Source: Vulcanimicrobiota bacterium
Lineage (GTDB): Bacteria > Vulcanimicrobiota > Vulcanimicrobiia > Vulcanimicrobiales > Vulcanimicrobiaceae
Direction of reading: 5' to 3'
Length of the DNA: 64,000 nucleotides
NCBI GenBank assembly: GCA_963833095.1
Contig: CAWHWQ010000001.1
Location: 352,001 to 416,000 of the forward strand
The position numbers were made by a program, and so were the translations under genes. The notes under the pieces were generated by a model. It was not told where the DNA came from and made no database searches. It worked only from the letters and a program-made list of their open reading frames with translations. Positions 1-9,469 of this stretch are shown here, in pieces (the first letter of the stretch is position 1; every line of letters starts with the position of its first letter).

Positions 1-1097
1 AACGCCGGGCCATAAGTGATTGCGCCGGTGTCGCCGATCGCGTGATGAAATTGTACTGCGAGAAACGTGTCTTCTTGCGTCTCATTGTCGTCGGTGTCGG
101 CCGGTTCGCCAAACTGTATATCGTTGGGAATCTGGAACGTGCTAAGACCGTGAATGAACGTGATGTTAGTAAAGCTGTTCTTGCCGCCGGGCAGCGTGAA
201 GCGCGCGAACTGGTTGACATCGCTCGCATCATTATGCGGTGAATCGAAATCGGGCGGGTCGAGGCCGCGAGTCGTTCCCTCGCCGCTGAGCGCAATATCG
301 TAACCGCCGCCGCCGGCGATAGGCGCGTGATAGCCGATCGTTGAGATCGCCGTGCCGTAGGAGCCGTAAGAGAAATTGCCGTCGAAGCCGGCCGGTCCCG
401 TACCGGCGCGCGTCGCCATATTGAAGACCGACCCAAAACGCAGCCCGTATTGCGCCGGGTATGCTCCCTCGACGAGATCGATGTACGAAAGGTCGTTAAG
501 ATTGATCTCCCCGCCGATGTCACGGTTGAGCTCCTGTGGAAGCGGCACGCCATCGAGCATGTAATTGATTACGCCGTGGTCGCCGTTCATATGCACCACA
601 CCGTTTGCCCCGCGAACGGCGCCGGGCATCTGAATCTCCATCTCGGAGAAGCTGTTGTTGTAGGGCATCTCGGTGATCTGCGTGCGATTCAACGCCACGT
701 CGCTGCCGCTACCGCGCAGCACGCCCGCCGCACCCGCGTTCACCGCAACCGCGCCGATTTCTTTGAGCGGCACAAGGGCGAGCGTAATGGTCGCGCCGCC
801 GCTGCTCAGATCGACGCGCACGTTGCCTTGGTGGTCGCCGGATTTCGCTTCAACCGTATACGTGCCCAGCGCAAGCGGCGGGAATGCAAAGTGCCCTTGC
901 GCGTCGGTTGTGGTCTTGACCGTCAGGTTGTTGCCGGTCGCGGTCACTTCAAGACGCGCGACCGGATGCCCGTCCTGCGTTACCGTGCCCGAAAGAAACG
1001 CATTCGCGTTGGCCGCGCGCGACGGCGCGGTCCACCATCCCATGAAGGCAACAAGAATGAGAGCAGCGCGCAAATAGCGCCGCGGCGAAGGTGGCAT
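1..1097 (-). CDS. TonB-dependent receptor, N-terminal part (runs off left edge)
   Basis: Not in ORF track. Manual translation from ATG 1097: signal peptide, carboxypeptidase-regulatory-like domain (LSGTVTQDG..TTTDAQGHFAFPPLALGTYTVEA) and plug motif (INYMLDGVP..IDLVEGAYPAQYGLRFGSVFNM). Confidence 0.85.
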   Translation of the reverse strand, partial: MPPSPRRYLRAALILVAFMGWWTAPSRAANANAFLSGTVTQDGHPVARLEVTATGNNLTVKTTTDAQGHFAFPPLALGTYTVEAKSGDHQGNVRVDLSSGGATITLALVPLKEIGAVAVNAGAAGVLRGSGSDVALNRTQITEMPYNNSFSEMEIQMPGAVRGANGVVHMNGDHGVINYMLDGVPLPQELNRDIGGEINLNDLSYIDLVEGAYPAQYGLRFGSVFNMATRAGTGPAGFDGNFSYGSYGTAISTIGYHAPIAGGGGYDIALSGEGTTRGLDPPDFDSPHNDASDVNQFARFTLPGGKNSFTNITFIHGLSTFQIPNDIQFGEPADTDDNETQEDTFLAVQFHHAIGDTGAITYGPA

Positions 1098-1136
1098 CGA
1101 GAGTCCTTTACGGGGGGTTGGGGGTTGAGTTCTAAC

Positions 1137-1158
1137 TGAGAATAGCTTATCATTATCA
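1137..1158. promoter_or_regulatory. Fur-family operator candidate
   Basis: Minus strand reads TGATAATGATAAGCTATTCTCA; GATAATGATAA equals the first 11 nt of the classic Fur box. Lies between the divergent TBDR and Fur-family genes. Confidence 0.65.
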
Positions 1159-1188
1159 ACTAGTCAAGCACATGGCAAAGGGGAAGCA

Positions 1189-1569
1189 GTGAATCGGACC
1201 ACCCGGAAGACGAGGCAGCGCGACGCGGTTCAGGCGGCGCTCGAGGGGGCCGAGCGTCCGCTGAGCGTCGGCGAGCTCCTGGAGGTTGCCTCCAAACAAG
1301 TCGATGGGCTCGGTGTCGCGACCGTCTATCGCACGGTCAGCGCTTTAGCCGAAGACGGCTGGATCGAGGCGGTCGAGATCCCCGGGGAACCCGTTCGGTA
1401 CGAGCGCTCGAACAAGGAGCACCATCATCATTTTCAATGCGAGACATGCGACCGCGTCTTCGATATCGCGGGCTGCGTCGAGAGCATTCGAAAACTCGTG
1501 CCCCCGAAATTCCACGTCCGTGGCCATGCCGTAACGTTCTTTGGAACCTGCGCCGGCTGCACGAGCTAG
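1189..1569 (+). CDS. Fur-family transcriptional regulator
   Basis: TRQR, GLGVATVYRT helix-turn-helix, HHHHFQCETC and C-terminal CAGC. Confidence 0.93.
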   Translation: MNRTTRKTRQRDAVQAALEGAERPLSVGELLEVASKQVDGLGVATVYRTVSALAEDGWIEAVEIPGEPVRYERSNKEHHHHFQCETCDRVFDIAGCVESIRKLVPPKFHVRGHAVTFFGTCAGCTS

Positions 1570-1634
1570 GCCCGCTCGGAGCGCTCTGTTGAAGGACTAA
1601 GCGTTTTAGCCTGAGGAATAGGCCGCTTCGCGCT

Positions 1635-2654
1635 ATGCACAACGTCAAGGAACGCCCCGTTGTCGTAACCGGGGCTGCCGGTCTGATCGGCAGCGCGCTG
1701 ATTTGGGCCCTCAACCGCCGCGGTGTCGATGACATTATCGCCGTCGACCGGCTGGACGAGTCCGAGAAGTGGCGGCACCTCGTTCCGCTACGTTTCACCG
1801 ATTACGTCGACGCCGACGACTTTGCGTCGCTGGTCGACGATCGGCCCGGCGCGTTTGGATCGGTGGGTACCGTCTTTCACCTTGGAGCCTGTTCGTCGAC
1901 CACCGAGCGCGACGCCGACTACCTCATGCGCAACAACTACGAGTACACGAAAGTGCTCGCGCAGTGGGCGGTCGAGCGCGACATGCGCTTCGTGTATGCC
2001 TCCTCGGCGGCCACCTACGGCGGACTCGAAGATCTGCTCTCCGACGAGATCGATTTGCGCGAACTGCGGCCGTTGAACATGTACGCCTATTCGAAGCAGC
2101 TGTTCGACCTCTACGCACAGCACAGCGGCATAAGCGACCGGATCGTTGGTCTAAAGTACTTCAATGTCTTCGGCCCTAACGAAGATCATAAGGGCGATAT
2201 GCGCAGCATCGTGTTCAAGGCGTTCGAGCAAATTCGCGCTGACGGGCAAGTCAAGCTCTTCAAAAGTTACCGTCCCGAGTTTCGCGACGGCGAGCAGCAA
2301 CGCGATTTCATCTACGTCAAAGATGCCGTCGAAATGACGTTGGCCGTCGCGCAGAGCGACGCAAGCGGCCTGGTCAACGTGGGTTCGGGGCGGGCGCAGA
2401 CCTGGCTTGACCTCGTGCGACCGATCTTCGCGGCGCTCGAAGTCCCGGAGCGGATCGAATTCATCGAGATGCCGGAACTTTTGCGCCCGAAATATCAGTA
2501 TTCTACCCAGGCGCGAATCGAGCGCTTGCGCGGGTGCGGCTTCGCCGCACCCATCACCACGCTCGCCGACGCCGTGCGCGACTACGTCACCAACTATCTC
2601 AAGCCGGGCCGCGTTCTCGACCCGGCAGTGCACGACGCCCTCTCCGTCCGATAA
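1635..2654 (+). CDS. hldD: ADP-L-glycero-D-manno-heptose 6-epimerase
   Basis: VTGAAGLIGS, HLGACSSTTE, YASSAATYG, PLNMYAYSK, YFNVFGPNEDHKG, RDFIYVKD. Confidence 0.93.
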   Translation: MHNVKERPVVVTGAAGLIGSALIWALNRRGVDDIIAVDRLDESEKWRHLVPLRFTDYVDADDFASLVDDRPGAFGSVGTVFHLGACSSTTERDADYLMRNNYEYTKVLAQWAVERDMRFVYASSAATYGGLEDLLSDEIDLRELRPLNMYAYSKQLFDLYAQHSGISDRIVGLKYFNVFGPNEDHKGDMRSIVFKAFEQIRADGQVKLFKSYRPEFRDGEQQRDFIYVKDAVEMTLAVAQSDASGLVNVGSGRAQTWLDLVRPIFAALEVPERIEFIEMPELLRPKYQYSTQARIERLRGCGFAAPITTLADAVRDYVTNYLKPGRVLDPAVHDALSVR

Positions 2655-2663
2655 CGAGGCCCG

Positions 2664-3407
2664 ATGTCAAACTCCCGTTCACAACGCCGTCGTCAAACAC
2701 GTGGCGGCTCCGCACCACCGCCCAAACGCGACCCGATGACAATCGTGTACATCAGCGCGGCCGTGCTCGTCGTTGTCGTCGTCGCAATTTTCGCGATCAT
2801 GAACTGGATGCAAAAACAGCAAGTCGCGCAGGCCTACGCGACGCCGACGCCCGCGCCGTCGGCCACCGCCACGTCGAAACCGATTCAACTCGCTGACGGT
2901 GAAACGATCGGGAAGCCCACGTTCAAGCTCTATAGGGGCGCTCTGCCGGACACACCGCAAGGCGGTCAGGGCCAACCAGTCGACGGCATGACATGCGGCG
3001 GCATGGAATACAACACACTCCACACGCACACGCATTTGGCGATCTTTTATCATGGGAAGCAGGTTGCGGTTCCTAGGCTCGTCGGCGCGGCGCCGCTTCC
3101 GCCTCAAGGTTGCCTCTACTGGACACACACGCATTCGATGGACGGCATTATCCACGTCGAGTCGCCCGTGCTCGCGCCCGAAGGCAGTCCGGGATTCCAG
3201 CTCGGCATGTTCTTCGACGTGTGGGGACAGCCGCTGACGCGCGACAACGTTGCGGGACTCAAAGGGCCAGTGATTGCCTACGTCAACGGCACGCTCTACG
3301 ACGGTGATTTGCGCGCGATTCCGCTGCGTTCGCACCAGCAGATCGTGCTCGAAATCGGAACGCCCACCGTGCCGCCGCCGAACTACGCATTCCCGCCGAA
3401 TGACTAG
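2664..3407 (+). CDS. Membrane-anchored conserved hypothetical protein with His-rich motifs
   Basis: One N-terminal TM segment; HTHTHL, CLYWTHTH, GIIHVE motifs. Confidence 0.75.
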   Translation: MSNSRSQRRRQTRGGSAPPPKRDPMTIVYISAAVLVVVVVAIFAIMNWMQKQQVAQAYATPTPAPSATATSKPIQLADGETIGKPTFKLYRGALPDTPQGGQGQPVDGMTCGGMEYNTLHTHTHLAIFYHGKQVAVPRLVGAAPLPPQGCLYWTHTHSMDGIIHVESPVLAPEGSPGFQLGMFFDVWGQPLTRDNVAGLKGPVIAYVNGTLYDGDLRAIPLRSHQQIVLEIGTPTVPPPNYAFPPND

Positions 3408-3600
3408 CAGGGTTCAGCTTCGCTGAACCTGTGGCGTTCGGCCTTCGGCCGATCCGCTCACTTTAGCGCGGCATTTAGTGCAGTCGCCAATTCTTTATAA
3501 TGACTAGCAGGGTTCAGCTTCGCTGAACCTGTGGCGTTCGGCCTTTGGCCGATCCGCTCACTTTAGCGCGGCATTTAGTGCAGTCGCCAATTCTTTATAA
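3401..3600. repeat. 100-bp tandem duplication containing two hairpins
   Basis: 3401-3500 equals 3501-3600 except C3446/T3546. Confidence 0.95.
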
Positions 3601-4127
3601 GGGATCTCGCCGTCGTTGATATAGGTGATCGTTTTGTTGCGATCGATGACGGCGACGGTCGGATAACCGCCCTTGAGATAGAGTTTGGCGACGGTCAAGT
3701 TCGGATCGTATTGAGCGATCGGGTACTTCACGTTGAACCGGATCTGAAAATTCAACACGTCCAATTGCGACTCGGGCGACGCGCCGTCCATGCCGGTATC
3801 GCTCCCGGGAATCGCGAGAAACGCCACGCGCGATCCATAGGCGGCATAGAGCTGATTCAGCACCACCGTCTCGCGCTGGCAGTGCGGGCACCACGTCGCA
3901 AAGATCTCCAAGAACACCGGTTTGGTCACCGTCGCAAGATCGAATGCGCCGGCCGTTGTGGGCAGCGTAAACTCCGGGGCCTTCTGACCCATCGCTGCCG
4001 TGGCATTGACCGGAGCGGTCGACGCGTTGTTCAACTGCGCGCCATGCAATCGAGCGTAGAAAATGCCGCCGGCAATGAGCACGGCGAGAACGAGCAACGA
4101 GAGAAGAGCGAGCACGCGTTGATTCAT
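3558..4127 (-). CDS. TlpA/redoxin-family thiol-disulfide oxidoreductase
   Basis: N-terminal TM, APEFTL, FATWCPHC, GGYP; start placed at MNQRV (4127). Confidence 0.88.
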   Translation of the reverse strand: MNQRVLALLSLLVLAVLIAGGIFYARLHGAQLNNASTAPVNATAAMGQKAPEFTLPTTAGAFDLATVTKPVFLEIFATWCPHCQRETVVLNQLYAAYGSRVAFLAIPGSDTGMDGASPESQLDVLNFQIRFNVKYPIAQYDPNLTVAKLYLKGGYPTVAVIDRNKTITYINDGEIPYKELATALNAALK

Positions 4128-4555
4128 CGAGAACGTAATCTCCGGTCCAGGGCAAACGCGCCGGGAGCACCGGCAGCGACAAAGAGGGCGATGGCGGCAA
4201 GGGCGAGGTCGAAGGCCACATGCGGCCAATCTGCGACCGCGGCGTCACCAGGGCCAAAGCAGCCGCAGTTCGCGGGAATACCGCGCAGTACTGCCGATGC
4301 GATCGCCGCTGCATAGATCAGGAACTGCACGGCGGCAACTGCGGCCGCTATGCGGGTGAAGAGCCCAGCGAGCAGATAGAGGCCGAGCAGCACTTCGAAA
4401 TACGGCAAAATGACGGCGAGCGGGGCGACCAGACCGGACGGCAACAGCCTGAATCCAGCAATTGCCCCAGCCAAGGCTTCCGGGTGACCGATCTTGAGGG
4501 CGCCGGTCCAAATCAAGAGGGCGCCGAGCAGCACGCGCGCGAGCGCAACCGCCAT
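4124..4555 (-). CDS. MauE/DoxX-family membrane protein
   Basis: RVLLG..GALK, LPYFEVLLG, RGIPANCGCFG. Confidence 0.85.
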   Translation of the reverse strand: MAVALARVLLGALLIWTGALKIGHPEALAGAIAGFRLLPSGLVAPLAVILPYFEVLLGLYLLAGLFTRIAAAVAAVQFLIYAAAIASAVLRGIPANCGCFGPGDAAVADWPHVAFDLALAAIALFVAAGAPGAFALDRRLRSR

Positions 4556-4585
4556 AATCCATACCTTTCGTGCAGAGGGCGGGAG

Positions 4586-4604
4586 CTAAATTAGGCTAAC
4601 CTAA
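4586..4604. promoter_or_regulatory. DtxR/IdeR/MntR-type operator
   Basis: CTAAATTAGGCTAACCTAA matches 16/19 of TTAGGTTAGGCTAACCTAA, 7 nt before the Nramp start. Confidence 0.75.
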
Positions 4605-4611
4605 CAACGGC

Positions 4612-5889
4612 ATGGCCACCCTCGAACGTTCGGTATCGACCGCTGCCCCCCGCCGCGGGGTCTGGCAGTTGATTCTGCGCTTCCTCGCGGTTACCGGTCC
4701 GGGGCTGATCGTCGCGTTTGCTGACACCGAAGCCGGCAGCGTCACGACGGCAGCGACCTCAGGTGCGCAGTTCGGCTATAAGTTGATTCTGCTTCAACTC
4801 TTGCTGATCGTGCCGCTCTTCGTCGTACAAGAGATGACGGTGCGTTTAGGCACGGTCACCGGCAAAGGCCACGCGCGGTTGATTCGCGAGCATTACGGAC
4901 TAGGCTGGGCATGGGTTTCGTTGGGGACGATGCTCGTCACGAACGTCGCTGCGCTCGTGACCGAGTTCGCGGGCATTGCGGGCGCAGCGTTGATCTTCGG
5001 CTTGCCGGCAGCCCCGCTCGTCATCGTAGCCGCGCTGCTGCTCATTGTCGTGATCTTCACCGCATCGTATAAGCGAGCCGAGGTCTTCGCCTTTGGACTC
5101 TGTCTCGTCGAACTGCTCTTCATTCCCGCAGCATTTGCCGCGCATCCGCCCCTGCACGCGATTGTGATGCAGGGCATCTTTGGCCATCAGCCCCTTACCG
5201 ATTATAGCTACTTGCTCCTGATCGCCTCGAACATCGGCGCCGTGATCATGCCGTGGATGATTTTCTATCAGCAGAGTGCCGTCGTCGACAAGGGCCTCGG
5301 CATCAAAGATATGAACTTCGCGCGCTTCGATACGGGGCTTGGCGCGGTGCTCACGCAGGGCATCATGATCGCGATCATCGTCACGACTGCCGCTACCCTT
5401 TTCGTGCATCATATCCCGGTCAGTGACGCCGCGCACGCGGCGCTTGCCTTCCAACCGCTGGTCGGGCGGTTCGCCGGCGTCACGTTTGGCGTCGGCTTGA
5501 TCGGCGCGTCGATGCTCGGCGCGTTCGTCGTCTCACTCGCAACGGCGTGGGCGTTCGGTGAGGCCTTCGGCTGGCGCTGCTCGCTTAACGACGGTTTGCG
5601 CGCGAAGCGTTTCTCGGCACTGTACGTAGCCTGCGTAGCCGTCGCCGCAGCGATCGTGTTGATCCCGAATCTGCCGCTCATTTCGATCACGGTCTACGTC
5701 GAAGCGTTCAACGGTTTCGTCCTCCCGATCGTGCTCGGATTCTTGCTTGTGCTCGTCAACGACAAGCGCGTCATCGGCGATCGGCGCAATAGTCTGCTCG
5801 GCAATGCGATTACCTTTTCGCTCTCCGCGGTTATCATCGTTCTCGGCGTATGGATGACGATTACCACTATTCTCCACCCCGGAAGTTAA
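4612..5889 (+). CDS. Nramp-family divalent metal transporter (non-DPGN clade)
   Basis: GPGLIVAFADTEAGS, GAQFGY, QEMTVRLG, IGAVIMPWMIFYQQS; many TM segments. Confidence 0.9.
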   Translation: MATLERSVSTAAPRRGVWQLILRFLAVTGPGLIVAFADTEAGSVTTAATSGAQFGYKLILLQLLLIVPLFVVQEMTVRLGTVTGKGHARLIREHYGLGWAWVSLGTMLVTNVAALVTEFAGIAGAALIFGLPAAPLVIVAALLLIVVIFTASYKRAEVFAFGLCLVELLFIPAAFAAHPPLHAIVMQGIFGHQPLTDYSYLLLIASNIGAVIMPWMIFYQQSAVVDKGLGIKDMNFARFDTGLGAVLTQGIMIAIIVTTAATLFVHHIPVSDAAHAALAFQPLVGRFAGVTFGVGLIGASMLGAFVVSLATAWAFGEAFGWRCSLNDGLRAKRFSALYVACVAVAAAIVLIPNLPLISITVYVEAFNGFVLPIVLGFLLVLVNDKRVIGDRRNSLLGNAITFSLSAVIIVLGVWMTITTILHPGS

Positions 5890-5892
5890 CCG

Positions 5893-6468
5893 ATGCACAC
5901 CCGTCTCGCGCTGCTATTCGCGGGCGCGCTGCTTACCGGCTGCGCGCTAGCCGCCGCGCAGCACTTTACCGGCATAGCCGTACCACCCGCCGCGGCGCCA
6001 AACTTCACCCTCACGAGCGATAGCGGCACGCCGTGGACGCTTGCCGCGCAGCGCGGCAAGGTTGTCGCCCTCTTCTTCGGCTTCACCCACTGCAGCGACA
6101 CGTGCCCCGAGACCTTGGCCAAGCTCACGGCCGTGCTGCGAGCTCAGCCGCGCTCGCGCACGGAGATCGCCTTCGTTACGATCGACCCACAGCGAGACAC
6201 GCCGGCGGTGATGCACGCCTACATTCGCCGATTTAGCGGAGCAACGATCGTCGGCCTCACCGGCACGCCCGCGCAGATCGCGGGTGTCGAACGCGCCTAC
6301 AACGTGTGGTCCAAGCCCGTGCCCGATCCGCACGGCGGCACCAACTACGATGAAGCCCACAGTGCCTTTACCTTTCTCATCGATCGTTCCGGCAACGAAC
6401 GCGTGGTTCACAACGACGACGATGCGCAGCGTGACTATGCTGCCGACGTGCGGACCTTACTGCAATGA
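5893..6468 (+). CDS. SCO/SenC-family protein
   Basis: FFGFTHCSDTCP, FVTIDPQRDTP, conserved His in EAHSA. Confidence 0.92.
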   Translation: MHTRLALLFAGALLTGCALAAAQHFTGIAVPPAAAPNFTLTSDSGTPWTLAAQRGKVVALFFGFTHCSDTCPETLAKLTAVLRAQPRSRTEIAFVTIDPQRDTPAVMHAYIRRFSGATIVGLTGTPAQIAGVERAYNVWSKPVPDPHGGTNYDEAHSAFTFLIDRSGNERVVHNDDDAQRDYAADVRTLLQ

Positions 6469-7412
6469 TGCTCGCGTTGCTCCTCGCAGGCTTGCTGCCA
6501 TTTCACGGGGTCGTCGTGTCACCGGTTGGTAGCGACACGGTCGTCGTGCGCAGTGCAGCGATGCCGCGCACCTTGCCGGCTCAAACGCGTCTTTACCGGC
6601 TCGCGCCGAATCTGGCGTTGCGCGCGGGAACGGGAGTCGATGCTTTCCTCGATCGCTCGACGCAGCCGTGGACGCTGCGCGATCCGGTCCCGGCCGCCGC
6701 CTTCGTCGCCGGCCTCCCCAATCCGGGCCGCATCATTCCCGTCGACGCGGGCAAGCCGCTTCCGCGGGCGACGCTGATCGATCAAAACGAGCGTTTGGTG
6801 CAGTTGCACGACGCGTTTCGCGGCAAGACGATGCTGCTCTCGTTCATCTTCACTCGTTGTCCCGATACCGACGTCTGCATCGCGATCAGTACGAAATACG
6901 CGCAACTGCAGCGCGACTTAGACCCCACGCACTTTGCGCTGGTGGAGATTACGCTCGATCCGCCCTACGACACACCCGCCGTGCTGCGCGCCTACGGCAA
7001 ACAGTTCGGGCAGAATCCGGCGAGTTGGACGCTCTTGACCGGGACCGGCTCGACGATCGAGACGGTGCTCAACGAGTTCGGTATCTCGTCGCTGCAGACC
7101 GATAGCGACACCTACATCCACTCCGACAGGCTGTTCATCGTTACGCCACGGGGACGCGTCGCGTACGTTGTGGACACGGCCGGCTGGGATCCGCGCGGCG
7201 TCGTCGCGGAAGCGCGGGCCATCGAAGGCATGGCGAGCAATCCGTTCGAGCGCTTCAAACTCTCGTTGATAGCTAGCGTGGTCGCGTTGTGCGGCGGCAG
7301 TCAATTTGCCGGAATCGTGATGCTGGAAATCGTGCTCTTTCTCTTCATCGTGATCGCGGTGACGATCGCGTTATGGATCGTCGGGAGGGTGTTGTGGTCT
7401 CGGCCTGCGTAA
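6465..7412 (+). CDS. SCO-family protein with extra N-terminal domain and C-terminal TM segments
   Basis: FIFTRCPDTDVC, ITLDPPYDTP, YIHS. Confidence 0.85.
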   Translation: MMLALLLAGLLPFHGVVVSPVGSDTVVVRSAAMPRTLPAQTRLYRLAPNLALRAGTGVDAFLDRSTQPWTLRDPVPAAAFVAGLPNPGRIIPVDAGKPLPRATLIDQNERLVQLHDAFRGKTMLLSFIFTRCPDTDVCIAISTKYAQLQRDLDPTHFALVEITLDPPYDTPAVLRAYGKQFGQNPASWTLLTGTGSTIETVLNEFGISSLQTDSDTYIHSDRLFIVTPRGRVAYVVDTAGWDPRGVVAEARAIEGMASNPFERFKLSLIASVVALCGGSQFAGIVMLEIVLFLFIVIAVTIALWIVGRVLWSRPA

Positions 7413-7422
7413 AGGCCGATTT

Positions 7423-7989
7423 ATGGCCGCGCCGCGCAAGCCGTTCGATCCCCCGAGCCCCGAGCAGACGGCGTTCCTTGAGCGCGCGATCAACGAGTAT
7501 GGCCGCCCCACCTACAACTATGCCTTGCGCCTCACCCACAACGAAGCCGATGCTCGCGACCTGACCCAGGAGGCCTTCATCCGCGTCTACCGGGCCTGGC
7601 GCAGTTTCCAACCCGGCACCTCCTTCCTTTCGTGGGTCTACCGCATTGTCACGAATCTCTACCGGGATGAACTTCGGCGGCGGAAAGGACGTTATCAGGA
7701 AGAGATCCCCGAGGACAATGCCCCGCAGCGGTTCGGACAAACCAGGCCCTTGGCCGAAGAGCCGATCGAGGAACTGGTCGAGCGGCAGCTCAGTGAACGG
7801 ATGTCCAAGGCCCTCGCAGGTCTCTCGCTAGAGCAGCGACAGGTCCTGATCCTCGCCGACGTTGAGGAATATAGCTATCAAGAGATCGCCGACATTGTCG
7901 GCTGCTCAATCGGGACGGTTCGGTCGCGGCTACATCGCGCACGCTACCAACTTCGCCGCCTTATCGAGTCACAAACAAAATCATCATGA
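7423..7989 (+). CDS. ECF RNA polymerase sigma factor
   Basis: DARDLTQEAFIR, FLSWVYRI, YSYQEIA..GTVRSRLHRAR. Confidence 0.95.
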   Translation: MAAPRKPFDPPSPEQTAFLERAINEYGRPTYNYALRLTHNEADARDLTQEAFIRVYRAWRSFQPGTSFLSWVYRIVTNLYRDELRRRKGRYQEEIPEDNAPQRFGQTRPLAEEPIEELVERQLSERMSKALAGLSLEQRQVLILADVEEYSYQEIADIVGCSIGTVRSRLHRARYQLRRLIESQTKSS

Positions 7990-8465
7990 AATCGCATCCA
8001 AGCCAAGAACAACTCATCGACTACCTCCACCGCGAACTTGCACCCGACGAGGACGCGGCTCTTTTGCTGCATCTCGAAGGCTGCCCCTCGTGCAGCGAGC
8101 GCTACCAGGAGGAAGCTAGGCTCTCCGAGTCGCTCCGCAGTTTCGCGCGCGCGAGCGAACGTGAACTTCCGGCGGGCGTTCGAGCGAGTATCTGGAGTGC
8201 GGTTGAGTCCGCCGAGCGCGCACCGGCGTGGACCGACCGTCTGCGCAGTTTACTACGCCCGGTGATAGCGCTTCCCATAGCGGCCGCATTCGTCGTCGTG
8301 GCGCTCGCCGGATACGAATCCAGCCTCCATCGCGGCGGCCCAACGATCGACGCCGCCTATTACCTCGACGATCACGCAGCGCTCACCAGCGCCGTGCCGT
8401 TCAGCGAGGGGACCATTATTCCGACCGCGCTCTTCACAACCGAGAACGCGGATGGCACGCAGTAG
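7986..8465 (+). CDS. Zinc-finger (zf-HC2) anti-sigma factor
   Basis: HLEGCPSC motif, single TM, overlaps sigma stop. Confidence 0.9.
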   Translation: MKSHPSQEQLIDYLHRELAPDEDAALLLHLEGCPSCSERYQEEARLSESLRSFARASERELPAGVRASIWSAVESAERAPAWTDRLRSLLRPVIALPIAAAFVVVALAGYESSLHRGGPTIDAAYYLDDHAALTSAVPFSEGTIIPTALFTTENADGTQ

Positions 8466-9465
8466 CGCCGCACCGTTTCTCGCAGCGCTACTGACGGGCG
8501 CGACCGCCGCGCCGATTCCCCCCGCCGCCGATCTTTTACGCGATGCGATGGCCGCGCAGCAGCACGTCTCGTACGTTGGCGAGGTGCAGGTCCTGCGCAT
8601 CGGCACCCAGCGATCGTACGCGGCTATCTACCGCATCGAGCACCTCGCGCCGGACATGACACGCCGCTGGTACCTCGCGCCGCAGGACCTCTATGGCGAT
8701 TCGGTGATCACGCGCGGATCGACCACCTATTCCATCGACGTGAAGCGCGAGCACGTCGTCGTCTCACACGACGAGGACGCCGATCAGGAGATCGCCGAAC
8801 GCGGAAACTTCGGTATCATGATGGCAAATTACAATGTCGTTTATGGACCCGATGAAACTATCGACGGCCACCCAGTCCACGTCGTGCTGCTCAATAACAA
8901 ATACACCGGGCAGACCACCATGCGCCTGCAGATCGACAGTGCGACACACTTGGTGCTCGAGCGTCAGCAGTATGGAAGCAACGGTTCACCGATCACCCAG
9001 ATGCACATCGAACAGATCCGCTACACCAACGCGATTCCGGCTGAGGTTTTCGCAATTCCGCGCGGGCTTCGCGAAATCAACGGCGCGGATCGCGGAGCCG
9101 AGTCAACCGACGTTGCTCACGTGATTTCGACTGCCGGCTTCTCGGCGCTGGTTCCGAAATATCTTCCCGAAGGTTTCAGCCCGATCGCCGGCGACGTCTC
9201 CTCGGTCAACGGGGTTCCGACGCTGCACTTAGTCTATTCCGACGGCATCCGCACCGTCTCGCTTTTTCAAAACGAAAGAAACGCTGCGGTCGATCTTTCG
9301 CATTACCACGCGATAGCGACCAATGTCGCTAATCATCCGGCGCGTTACGTCGAAGAGAGCGCAACAACGCTCCTGGCGTGGGCTGACGGCACTCGCCATT
9401 TTGCGCTCGTCGGCGAACTCAGCCTCGCGGAACTGGAAAAAATCGGGGCAAGTGTGCTACCCTAA
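8452..9465 (+). CDS. MucB/RseB-family sigma-E regulatory protein
   Basis: Signal peptide, SYVG, PKYLPEGF, LVYSDGIRTVSLF; third gene of the ECF cluster. Confidence 0.82.
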   Translation: MARSSAAPFLAALLTGATAAPIPPAADLLRDAMAAQQHVSYVGEVQVLRIGTQRSYAAIYRIEHLAPDMTRRWYLAPQDLYGDSVITRGSTTYSIDVKREHVVVSHDEDADQEIAERGNFGIMMANYNVVYGPDETIDGHPVHVVLLNNKYTGQTTMRLQIDSATHLVLERQQYGSNGSPITQMHIEQIRYTNAIPAEVFAIPRGLREINGADRGAESTDVAHVISTAGFSALVPKYLPEGFSPIAGDVSSVNGVPTLHLVYSDGIRTVSLFQNERNAAVDLSHYHAIATNVANHPARYVEESATTLLAWADGTRHFALVGELSLAELEKIGASVLP

Positions 9466-9469
9466 GCGG

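Noticed and set aside
450..1139. Plus-strand ORFs at the left edge
   Set aside because: Antisense shadows of the TonB-dependent receptor on the minus strand.
3401..3600. CRISPR array
   Set aside because: Two contiguous 100-bp copies with no unique spacers and no cas genes; no CRISPR array seen anywhere in the window.
3558..4555. MauE plus thioredoxin as part of a methylamine dehydrogenase or peptide-maturation cluster
   Set aside because: No MauA/MauB or Cys-rich precursor nearby; general disulfide handling is simpler.
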